From Fibrobacteria bacterium (lineage in GTDB: Bacteria; Fibrobacterota; Fibrobacteria; UBA11236; JADFYW01): a DNA stretch of 64,000 bases. The stretch covers positions 4,882 through 68,881 of the forward strand of contig JADFYW010000009.1 in assembly GCA_015232855.1 (NCBI GenBank), read 5' to 3'. This document shows positions 8,715-17,093 of the stretch, one piece after another; within the stretch, counting starts at the first letter, position 1, and the number at the start of each line of letters is the position of its first letter. Under the pieces are notes generated by a model. That model saw only the letters and a list, made by a program, of their open reading frames with translations. It made no database searches and was not told the origin of the DNA. The position numbers and the translations under genes are program-made.

Positions 8715-11231
8715 TTATTTCAACTCTTTAGTCTTGACCATTACTTTTCTGCTCATGTCGTCATAATACCCTACAAATGCTTTATTATTTTCATTAATAA
8801 CGAGGGATACGTGAGAACCGTTACCCTGAGAAACTTTATATGCATCTACCGTTTTCCAGTTTGCGGTATCATATTTCCTCACTGTTACTTCACCATCAGC
8901 CAGATAAACATGATTGTCTGCCCCAATAGCCAGAGCGAAATCAGAGGTATAACCGTCAACCACATATCCGGGCCCTACCTGGCCCCATCCTGCGATATAT
9001 TGCATAACACGTAATCCACCTAAGACACCTTTTTCAATAAAAGCGATATAGGGCATATTTTCTTTGTCAAAAGCCAATTCGATTAAACCGGAACGAGGGT
9101 AGGACATCACAGCAGTCATATTAGCGTCCCCCACAGACCCGTTGGAGAAACCACGGACGCCAACAAGTTCCCAATCGGTATTGTTGAACTTTTTAACCGT
9201 AAGCCGGTAATCATGGGCGCCATCTGCATAGGCAATATAGGGAATGTCCCTATTGTCCACCTTCAAACAAAGATAGGCCGAAAGGGTATCAGCAAACAGT
9301 TCGGTTCCCATAGGTTCCAGCTTATTACCATTGAGTTTGTAAACACGCATCCGGGTGCTGCCTCTGGATGTTTGCATATTTTTTAAGCCTATCCAAAAAC
9401 TTACATAAACGACCCCATTACCACCCACCTCAATATTAATATCCAAAAAATCATGATAGGTAGAATGAGAAAATGCTTCCGTATTCACGTTGCCGGCCAC
9501 ATTCCAGGATGCTCCATTATATTTCAGTACTTTTACTTCATAATATTTTGAAGGATTATTATTGACCATAGTATCCTCATCTGTAATAAGAGCTGCATAC
9601 ATACCATGGTCAGGACTTATGAAAAAATCCACTTTACTCGAGTATTCATTTGGAAAATTGACGATAGTTGCCGGGTTCCAGGTATTCTGATTATGGGTAA
9701 GGATTGAAGTCTCAAGCATAGGAGTTCCGCTCATTCTAAAAAGAAAAGGAACATCCATGAGACCAAGACCAAGGGATAAATGAGTGAGATTCATCACATC
9801 TTCTTCAAGAGAATATACGGGATTCCAACCATCACTTAACAAACTGTCTTGTTTATAAGTAGTATCATAACTCTGACTATCAGAATAAGGAACGGGTAGA
9901 GGAACAGGCATAGGAGGTGTTATGTAAGGAGGCATCATAGTATCCGGTGCTATCCAGGTACTATCCATAGGTTTTGCTGTTCCCTTTTTTACCTTTATGT
10001 ACAATGTGTCCGTATCCATTTCTCCGTTATCATTAGTCACGCGTAAAACGATTGGAAGAGAGTCATGTACTTCTTGAATAACAATAACAGTGTCAATGGT
10101 GGAACAATCCACAAAATTATTCAAGCTTCCTATACTCCACTCCTGGCGTACAATTTTTCCATATACACCGGGATAACTCATAGAAACGAGTTTATAACTG
10201 TCTTCGGTATATATTACATAGAGAGAATCCTGTGTCATTCCCGGTAATAACATGGGGAACATATCGAACTGTATTCTCGCCTCAGGAATGTCTTTATTGG
10301 CAGTGATAACAAAACTTCTGGTTTTTTGATTACCATCAACATCAGTCACCCGGACCCGGCACTCCAATTGAGTCGCACCCACAGGAATTAAAACTTCATT
10401 ATCAGACATCATGGCTCCGTAAAAAGAAGTGTCCCGAAGTGCTTTTTCTACCAATTGCCCACTATTACCTATATCCCATTCCCAGCGTACTATTCTCGTC
10501 TGATAATAATATGGCACTCGTACATTTATCCATGTTTCATGCCCTGCAACTGCATATATACTGTCTATTTCTATGGAAAGGAGATTGTTTTTTGGTTCAA
10601 ACATGGGAACCTTAATATCTCCCAGCATATCGGTAAAAGGTACTACTTCACTGGTGCCAATTAACTCACCGTTAGCTCTGTAGATGTTAACAATCAATAT
10701 ATACTTCTCGCCACCCATACTTTTTTTCGTATAGATAAATCCTGAAAAAGCATTTGCAGCCGCATTATGCCCAAGTTCTACGGTCTTTAAAGGTGCTTCG
10801 GCTTCATCCATTAAGAGCGCTTCTATTTTGTGAATAGCAGCCGCTTCGCCAAATGGGTCAGCAAAAAACTCACCGTAAATGTCCCGCTGAACTATATAAA
10901 TAGCGGGTAAGTCATCCACAAAATTGCTGATAACCTGGATATCCAATAGCTGGCCATCTTTTGTGATTACCAGGGTGTCATCCTGTATGGGTGCACTTAA
11001 GTCAGAGATAAGCTGATAAGAGCCATCTTCAAGAGTTGTGTCTGAAATCCCCATCTTTTTTAGAGTAGCAATAGCCATTGAAACAGGTTTGCTGTCTTTG
11101 TCATAAACCTTACCTGTTAAATTAACCTGGTTTGCGCTTTCTTCCTCTTCACCGGGATTTAAAACATCCAAACAACCCATCACAAAAATAATTACGGCTG
11201 TTAATATCTGGATTTTCATTAATTTCAACAT
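8715..11231 (-). CDS. Large (838 aa) surface lipoprotein with CarboxypepD_reg-like and PKD-like domains and a C-terminal repeat (propeller-like) region
   Basis: Lipobox (FVMGC). NLTGKVYDKDSKPV..EDGSYQL is CarboxypepD_reg-like. There are two PKD-like W-x-W-D/S-I-G segments (WEWDIGNSG, QEWSIGS). The C-terminal third has about six repeats of the pattern PYIAY.D....L.V.KYNG..W..VG. Confidence 0.45.
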   Translation of the reverse strand: MLKLMKIQILTAVIIFVMGCLDVLNPGEEEESANQVNLTGKVYDKDSKPVSMAIATLKKMGISDTTLEDGSYQLISDLSAPIQDDTLVITKDGQLLDIQVISNFVDDLPAIYIVQRDIYGEFFADPFGEAAAIHKIEALLMDEAEAPLKTVELGHNAAANAFSGFIYTKKSMGGEKYILIVNIYRANGELIGTSEVVPFTDMLGDIKVPMFEPKNNLLSIEIDSIYAVAGHETWINVRVPYYYQTRIVRWEWDIGNSGQLVEKALRDTSFYGAMMSDNEVLIPVGATQLECRVRVTDVDGNQKTRSFVITANKDIPEARIQFDMFPMLLPGMTQDSLYVIYTEDSYKLVSMSYPGVYGKIVRQEWSIGSLNNFVDCSTIDTVIVIQEVHDSLPIVLRVTNDNGEMDTDTLYIKVKKGTAKPMDSTWIAPDTMMPPYITPPMPVPLPVPYSDSQSYDTTYKQDSLLSDGWNPVYSLEEDVMNLTHLSLGLGLMDVPFLFRMSGTPMLETSILTHNQNTWNPATIVNFPNEYSSKVDFFISPDHGMYAALITDEDTMVNNNPSKYYEVKVLKYNGASWNVAGNVNTEAFSHSTYHDFLDINIEVGGNGVVYVSFWIGLKNMQTSRGSTRMRVYKLNGNKLEPMGTELFADTLSAYLCLKVDNRDIPYIAYADGAHDYRLTVKKFNNTDWELVGVRGFSNGSVGDANMTAVMSYPRSGLIELAFDKENMPYIAFIEKGVLGGLRVMQYIAGWGQVGPGYVVDGYTSDFALAIGADNHVYLADGEVTVRKYDTANWKTVDAYKVSQGNGSHVSLVINENNKAFVGYYDDMSRKVMVKTKELK

Positions 11232-11402
11232 GGTGATACCTCCTATTCATTCCAGGATATCGACAAAATATGCGGAGGGATAAGTAGTATGGCCTGGAAA
11301 TGTGATCTGGCTCAACATCCGTGAGCACTTTTGTGATCTCCATCAAGTATTTAAAGAAAGAAGTATCTCGAAAGTCAAAAGTTTGATTAATCCCATAAAG
11401 AA

Positions 11403-11538
11403 GTCATTCCGGGTTGTACCCCAAGGGTAGGCTTCGCGCTCCGGAATCAAGCGCTTTTACCGATCTTAGCCATCCAGTAGATTCTGGGCACCCGTCCTCC
11501 GCAGGAGCTCTGCTCCGGAGGGTGGAAGCCAGAATGAC
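11403..11538. repeat. Palindromic intergenic element (GTCATTCCGGG...CCGGAATC ... GATTCTGG...CCAGAATGAC)
   Basis: Terminal inverted arms with an internal GC-rich hairpin. It belongs to the same family as the elements at 12631, 22490 and 42481. Confidence 0.6.
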
Positions 11539-11598
11539 TGGATGGAAGTAAACCTTTGACTCTTGAGGAAGTATAAGTAACGTGGATTTTAAAGAAAT

Positions 11599-12528
11599 TT
11601 ACAGACTTATTCCCGTCTTCTTTAGGATTGTCATTGGCCCGATATCTGAAATAATCTGAATTTCCTCTTTATTCTTTGCCAGCAGCCCTCCGGCAAAGCC
11701 CAGAGCATTAACTGAGATGGTTTTAACACATTCTACAGACCGTGGAACAAGGAAAATCCATTTTCTGGTAACAAGGAGATTGTATGGCCCGGTATGACTG
11801 GCGTCCTCTTTGTCTGATTTTTTATTAAGACGGGTTTTCTGTAACATCTCACGGTAGAGAGCATAGAGCCTGTCGGCAGCGTCCTCTGCCATAGCTGATA
11901 ACGGAATGCCATGGTATGCAAAACAGTGTTTGAAAGGAAGAGAAGAAATTTGAAGCATTGCTCCCGGTGAGCCATCGGTAGGAAAAAGAACGCAAAGAGG
12001 TACAGAAGATACTTCTTCTGACATGCCAAGAGGTATGAGTTGTAGATGTTTATGGGCCTGACTGGCCCCGGCAATTTCTCCGCCGTTATAGAAGCCCAGT
12101 CCGTCAAACTCGTTCAGGCAAAGCCAAAGCGCTGCAAAGTCTTTTCGGTTGAGCAGCGTATTTTGGTGTTCGAATTCCCGGGTAACTATTAATAGATGAT
12201 TGTCTATTACTTTGAATTTATTAAGAAGACAAAGATGGGTATTGCTGATACCTGACACGAACATATCTTCTTCATAAGGTAAAAATGGATTATGCACCGG
12301 CGAATGGGAATTGACATTTTTTTTGTTTTCGGCAAGTTTGATCCTGCTCTTTGCTTTTTCGGCCAGGCTGGATATGGTTCTCAAAACAAATCGGACACCA
12401 CCATCTTCAATGAAACTCTCAAACGTATCAATTGATAGTAATGCTCCTGATTTTTGGGCCTTGTCCATTGCTTCTTTGGCCAGGGAAAGTAATGAGCCTG
12501 GAATAAGAACCTGATTTTCTGTCTGCAT
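11599..12528 (-). CDS. ATP adenylyltransferase / Ap4A phosphorylase (APA1/APA2-like, GalT/HIT-related)
   Basis: NPFLPYEEDMFV, LLNKFKVIDNHLLIVTREFEHQ and YNGGEIAGASQAHKHLQLIPL carry the H-x-H-x-Q signature of this family. Confidence 0.6.
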   Translation of the reverse strand: MQTENQVLIPGSLLSLAKEAMDKAQKSGALLSIDTFESFIEDGGVRFVLRTISSLAEKAKSRIKLAENKKNVNSHSPVHNPFLPYEEDMFVSGISNTHLCLLNKFKVIDNHLLIVTREFEHQNTLLNRKDFAALWLCLNEFDGLGFYNGGEIAGASQAHKHLQLIPLGMSEEVSSVPLCVLFPTDGSPGAMLQISSLPFKHCFAYHGIPLSAMAEDAADRLYALYREMLQKTRLNKKSDKEDASHTGPYNLLVTRKWIFLVPRSVECVKTISVNALGFAGGLLAKNKEEIQIISDIGPMTILKKTGISL

Positions 12529-12630
12529 TATTAAAAGATAATAATTTGAAACGCCGGTATCTTTGCGCGTTATTCCTGAATTATCTATATCTATTGTAAT
12601 GGCTACTATTCAATAAAAACTAATGAGACA

Positions 12631-12841
12631 ATGTCATTAAGTTAAGAGTATTGCAAAGAATAAAAAGCTAAAACCAAGTCATTCCGGCTTGTCCGGAATC
12701 AAAAGCATCGCATAAATGAAACGATTATTATTAAAAAACGAACAAACCAAAACAATATTATCTTATGAGTTTCTATTGTTTGGATTCCAGACAAGCTGGA
12801 ATGACTGGTTTTGAGACAGATGTTACTTAATTTAATGACAT
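12631..12841. repeat. Long composite palindrome in a divergent intergenic region
   Basis: Outer arms ATGTCATTAAGTTAAG (12631..12646) and CTTAATTTAATGACAT (12826..12841). Inner 23-nt arms GTCATTCCGGCTTGTCCGGAATC (12678..12700) and GATTCCAGACAAGCTGGAATGAC (12783..12805). Confidence 0.7.
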
Positions 12842-12883
12842 TGACTAACGAGATTCTAATTAATAACCGGGAAGAACATTGTT

Positions 12884-13672
12884 TTGAAAAAAAAGATCCT
12901 ACTCTCCATTCATGATATCCATAATGGCAATTACCAGGCCATAGAATCCTTTTTGCAAAATCTGCCGGAAGAGGTCAGGCCGGTAACAGCTCTTGCTATA
13001 GTCCCCCGGTACCACGATACAAAACCACTTCCTGAACAAAAAGAATTCTGTACCTGGCTTAAAGAACAAGCCGGACAGGGAAGTGAATTATTTATCCATG
13101 GCCTCCACCACCTGAGCTGGGAGCAGCTCTCAAAACGCCTTAAAGCGAAAGACATAAAACCTGCCTGTGGTATACGGAATCATCGTAATGCACGGGGGAA
13201 ATTCATAAACAAGTTTGTAACGGAAAATGAAGCGGAACTCTGTGGACTTGAAGAACCGGGAAAAATGGCAATTATAAAACGGGCGGTTTCTGATTTTAAT
13301 GATGCAGGTGTTCCTTTTAAAGGGTTTATCGCTCCCACCTGGTATGGTACGCCTTTGCAACATTCAGCTTTGCGCAAACAAGGCATTTCAATACTGGAAA
13401 GTCGATTTTCTGTTAGCCATTTATTGCGCCACAAAACCGTATTTGCGCCACCGGTTTCTTTTCCCACACCCGGGTCTCCACTTTTTCATGCGGCCAGGGC
13501 AGTTAATAATCTGTATACACTCTCGGTTCAAAATATATTACCGGTCTCGCGTATAGCTCTTCATCCTGCTGACTTGTCTTCCTTTTCGGTAAAGCATATC
13601 CCTGGTTATCCGGATGCAATTTGCTTTAAAACCTATTCGGAAATATTCGGAATTGAAACTAGGGGCAATTAG
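12884..13672 (+). CDS. DUF2334 / polysaccharide-deacetylase-like protein
   Basis: TTG start. The N-terminal ILLSIHDI.. motif and the overall size resemble the DUF2334 predicted deacetylases. This is weak, by-eye evidence only. Confidence 0.4.
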   Translation: MKKKILLSIHDIHNGNYQAIESFLQNLPEEVRPVTALAIVPRYHDTKPLPEQKEFCTWLKEQAGQGSELFIHGLHHLSWEQLSKRLKAKDIKPACGIRNHRNARGKFINKFVTENEAELCGLEEPGKMAIIKRAVSDFNDAGVPFKGFIAPTWYGTPLQHSALRKQGISILESRFSVSHLLRHKTVFAPPVSFPTPGSPLFHAARAVNNLYTLSVQNILPVSRIALHPADLSSFSVKHIPGYPDAICFKTYSEIFGIETRGN

Positions 13673-15035
13673 ACAACACTTCTCCGGGAGTGGCTTTTGG
13701 TAAGGAGCCGTCTCCAGCTAGTTCTGTCTGACACCAGTTGTTTCCGTTAAAAGTTTTCCCGATTCCATCTACATGCAGAGAATTGACGATGTCATCATCA
13801 ATAAAGATGGAATCCGCGTCATCTGATGTGTATGAGGTATACGCAATTGAATCAATAACCGTATTGGCCTGGGTAACTTTATTACAGATGATCATAAGCT
13901 GAGACTTGGTATTGGTAATGGTAAATCTATCATTGGATATAAACTCATCTTTAACCGCTACATTTGAGTCCCCAAATACCAGTACTGCACCTGGAAGTAG
14001 TTGTAATCCTTCGCCCAGACGAAACCAGGTGGTAGGAGCATCGGTAGATGTTGATTTCCCAATACGGCAACTGTCAAGCTCCAGCGTATCAATTGAACGA
14101 TTGTAAATTTCTATCCACTCTCCTTCTCCCTCACCTGTGCCGGGATCCGCACAAAATTCTGTAAAGATGATGTCCGTTGGGTCCGGTTCCCTTTTAACAG
14201 CGTTTGTGTAGGATACGCCAAAACTTACTGCAGGGTCTTCTGGTAAGGTTATCGTTAATGAAATTTTCCCCAACACATTATCGAGTTGTAGGGCAAAATG
14301 GTGTGCAGTTCCTTTTTCTACCAAAACCGAGTCTGTGGTAAGCTCTTTAAATTTTAACTTGCCGTCTGCAAGAAAAAGAGAACAACTCACTGCGTATTTA
14401 TACCCCCCTTTGAGGTTGTCCAGGGTAAATTTTCCTAATTCGGAACCTACCAGTTCAAGCTCAGCTCTGTAGACATCTGTGGAGCCGCTTAAATAAAATA
14501 CTCCGCTGTCTACACCTGCACCAAGCTGAAAGGCAAAAGAAACGTTTGAAAATATTGGAGTACTATTAATGGTTACCGCAGCTTCCTGCCCCTGGATTAT
14601 TTCAATCCCGTTTTTTTGTCCTTCATAGATAAGCACTCCGGTGCTGTCGTATATCCACAGCTCTAAAAGCTTGTTTGTACCGGGATAAATGTCATCCACC
14701 CGAACCGTAGTATTGGTGCCTTTAATGCCCCAGGATTGTACGGGGGTGTTATCGGTAGAGGTCAATGATATATACATAGAATCGATAGTTCTTAAGGCTG
14801 TTTCTGATTTTTTACTGAGCCCTGAGAGCTCATCCCAGTTAATGCCCGCATTTTCACTGTATTTTTCTTTCAACTCTTGTTTGACGATAGTAAGTGACAA
14901 GGTGCCGGAGGCATCGCTGGTATCATTCACACGTTCATTTTCCAGGCTGTTTTGTGTGCAGCCAGATACGAGGTATAATATTGATAAAATGGCGAGGTGA
15001 AAATAAATATTGGCTAGTATTGTTTTTACTTTCAT
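13659..15035 (-). CDS. Lipoprotein with C-terminal lamin-tail (LTD) domain
   Basis: Lipobox (LVSGC). The C-terminal region IIFTEFCADPGTGEGEGEWIEIYNRS..LVFGDS matches the LTD pattern (I.E...NP......EWIELYN). Its 3' end overlaps the convergent gene by 14 nt. Confidence 0.5.
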   Translation of the reverse strand: MKVKTILANIYFHLAILSILYLVSGCTQNSLENERVNDTSDASGTLSLTIVKQELKEKYSENAGINWDELSGLSKKSETALRTIDSMYISLTSTDNTPVQSWGIKGTNTTVRVDDIYPGTNKLLELWIYDSTGVLIYEGQKNGIEIIQGQEAAVTINSTPIFSNVSFAFQLGAGVDSGVFYLSGSTDVYRAELELVGSELGKFTLDNLKGGYKYAVSCSLFLADGKLKFKELTTDSVLVEKGTAHHFALQLDNVLGKISLTITLPEDPAVSFGVSYTNAVKREPDPTDIIFTEFCADPGTGEGEGEWIEIYNRSIDTLELDSCRIGKSTSTDAPTTWFRLGEGLQLLPGAVLVFGDSNVAVKDEFISNDRFTITNTKSQLMIICNKVTQANTVIDSIAYTSYTSDDADSIFIDDDIVNSLHVDGIGKTFNGNNWCQTELAGDGSLPKATPGEVLSNCP

Positions 15036-15158
15036 TTGTGCCTCCCTGTTTCCTATGGTAACCTCACCTCATAGAGGTGTGATACTTGTTTGTTTACCAA
15101 AACATAAGAAATTTATGGAAGAATTCAATTCGTAAGTGTATCAGGTTTCAATTTCCAT

Positions 15159-17093
15159 TTATATATCCTCCAGTGTTAGTTTTGAGTCATTAATGGTATT
15201 AAGTAATCTGATATCCGGAACAATTCGTTTCATCCGGGCCTGATCCAGCAATACTTTGTGCATGGTCAGTTTACGAGTAAACAAATAACGGCCCTCCTCG
15301 TTTTTTGTTTCACATTTTACGGTAAACAGTGAGTTTGATACATCGGTACACGAAATATCAAAATCAACTTTTTTATCAGTAGGGAGGATAAACTCAACAC
15401 TTTCTTCCAAATCAGTTTCAAACCCATTATACACTTTTGTTATACGAGTAGTGTCATAGGTCGTCAAATACGCATTAAAAATATGGGACAGACGAAACTG
15501 GGTTTTCCCCTTTCGGCTGATAACCTGTTGGCTATTACTAAACGTTATACTGGACTTAAGTGCCTTGCCTCTGTCATTCAAGGTTTCCAAATTATGGGTC
15601 TTTAACCGGTTAGATGTTCCTAATTCAGATATATATTTTTGGAAAACCTCCGCTATATCCTTTTTCTCCATATCAAGAAAGGAATTTCGTTTTTGGTAAG
15701 CAAATACACCTCCGTATTCCAGATTGATTTTAATTTCAGAATCTCCAAGCTCATCAGGAGTAAGATCTACTATAACATGTTGCTTTTTGTAAGAAGGGCC
15801 GGAAGCGCTTGGAGGTAACATACGCGGCATTCCGGTTTTAAGCGAAAGAGCAGGTAAATCAAAAAAATTCAAAGGATATTCACCCAGTTTTGCACCCCGG
15901 GAATAGGGAAATACAAGGTATTCTTTATTAAAAATGGTGACAGAAACAAGTGGGACCGACAAGACGGCTGGCGTTATAAAGTGCATATCAAAACCGCCAT
16001 AACTATGGGGGCGTGTTACATAAATTTGGGGATCTAGCTTGATATGCTTAAACATCTCTGATAAAATAACAGCCATTTCCCAAAGGTTCCCCTTACCATT
16101 TTTTATAACTTTATCCGGGTTTATCGGGTTCATTCGGGAATGGACATAGCTGATGTTTTCCTGTACCCAATGAAAGATGGCGTCAGCTTTTACATACTGA
16201 GATTTAAAGGGAGCGGTAATTTCATCAACTTTGTTTCGTAGTTTACTTGTTGATTTAAAAAAGGACTGTTTCAAAAGAATGTTTTTATATCCTTCTGTTA
16301 AGTCTTCCCAGCTATTTATTGCATCCATCTGTCCGTACATACCACTGGTCTGATAAGAACGCATAACAAGCGAGACCCGTGGTTCGGTAACATCAATACC
16401 TTGTTGATAACGTAACCGGCTGCGGGGAAGAACCTGTTGTTTATTCCAAATGTAATAGTCAAGATTTTTTTTATTAGGTACAGGCTTTTTTTGATGGCGG
16501 TTAATAGCACCATAACTATTAAATGCATAATTATATTTGGAAAGCGCAGATAAGGTAAATCTTGCGTGTTTGACAGGTATTGGTTGAGAAAAATAATGTT
16601 CCAGAAACATAAGGGGTGATTGGGTGGATGATTCGATTAGTATTTCAATCTCACATCCTTTGGTTACTCTGGGGATAATCACTTTTCCTTCTTTTTTGTA
16701 CATTGATTTTAATTTTGCAACCGGAACAGGAATTTGAATATTATTAGAATCTCTTACAATTACATTAAATTTCTTTATAAACCTGGAATAAACCGGTATT
16801 TTCAGTGAACCGTACTGGGCACCATCATTTGTTAATATTTTAATTTTTTTATTAATGATATACCGGGTTACCGGGTTTGAAGTCAACGGTGTGGTCAGGT
16901 AACTTGTTTCAATAAAAAGTTCATCCACATTATAATAAGCCCCATATGATTTCCATTTGTCCTGCATGGCCCTGGAAACCTTGTCACCGGTAAGAAGATT
17001 TGGTTTGGACATGGGTGCACATCCTGAAAGTAACAGGAAAGAAAATAACGCAACTAAAACAAGAAGTCGTTTATTCATAATTATTTTTTCCAT
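15159..17093 (-). CDS. DUF3857/transglutaminase-like lipoprotein paralog with a degenerate active site
   Basis: Lipobox (LLSGC). It has the same length and architecture as the upstream gene. Where that gene has the catalytic GDC, this one has GKGNLWEM, with no Cys. Confidence 0.5.
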   Translation of the reverse strand: MEKIIMNKRLLVLVALFSFLLLSGCAPMSKPNLLTGDKVSRAMQDKWKSYGAYYNVDELFIETSYLTTPLTSNPVTRYIINKKIKILTNDGAQYGSLKIPVYSRFIKKFNVIVRDSNNIQIPVPVAKLKSMYKKEGKVIIPRVTKGCEIEILIESSTQSPLMFLEHYFSQPIPVKHARFTLSALSKYNYAFNSYGAINRHQKKPVPNKKNLDYYIWNKQQVLPRSRLRYQQGIDVTEPRVSLVMRSYQTSGMYGQMDAINSWEDLTEGYKNILLKQSFFKSTSKLRNKVDEITAPFKSQYVKADAIFHWVQENISYVHSRMNPINPDKVIKNGKGNLWEMAVILSEMFKHIKLDPQIYVTRPHSYGGFDMHFITPAVLSVPLVSVTIFNKEYLVFPYSRGAKLGEYPLNFFDLPALSLKTGMPRMLPPSASGPSYKKQHVIVDLTPDELGDSEIKINLEYGGVFAYQKRNSFLDMEKKDIAEVFQKYISELGTSNRLKTHNLETLNDRGKALKSSITFSNSQQVISRKGKTQFRLSHIFNAYLTTYDTTRITKVYNGFETDLEESVEFILPTDKKVDFDISCTDVSNSLFTVKCETKNEEGRYLFTRKLTMHKVLLDQARMKRIVPDIRLLNTINDSKLTLEDI

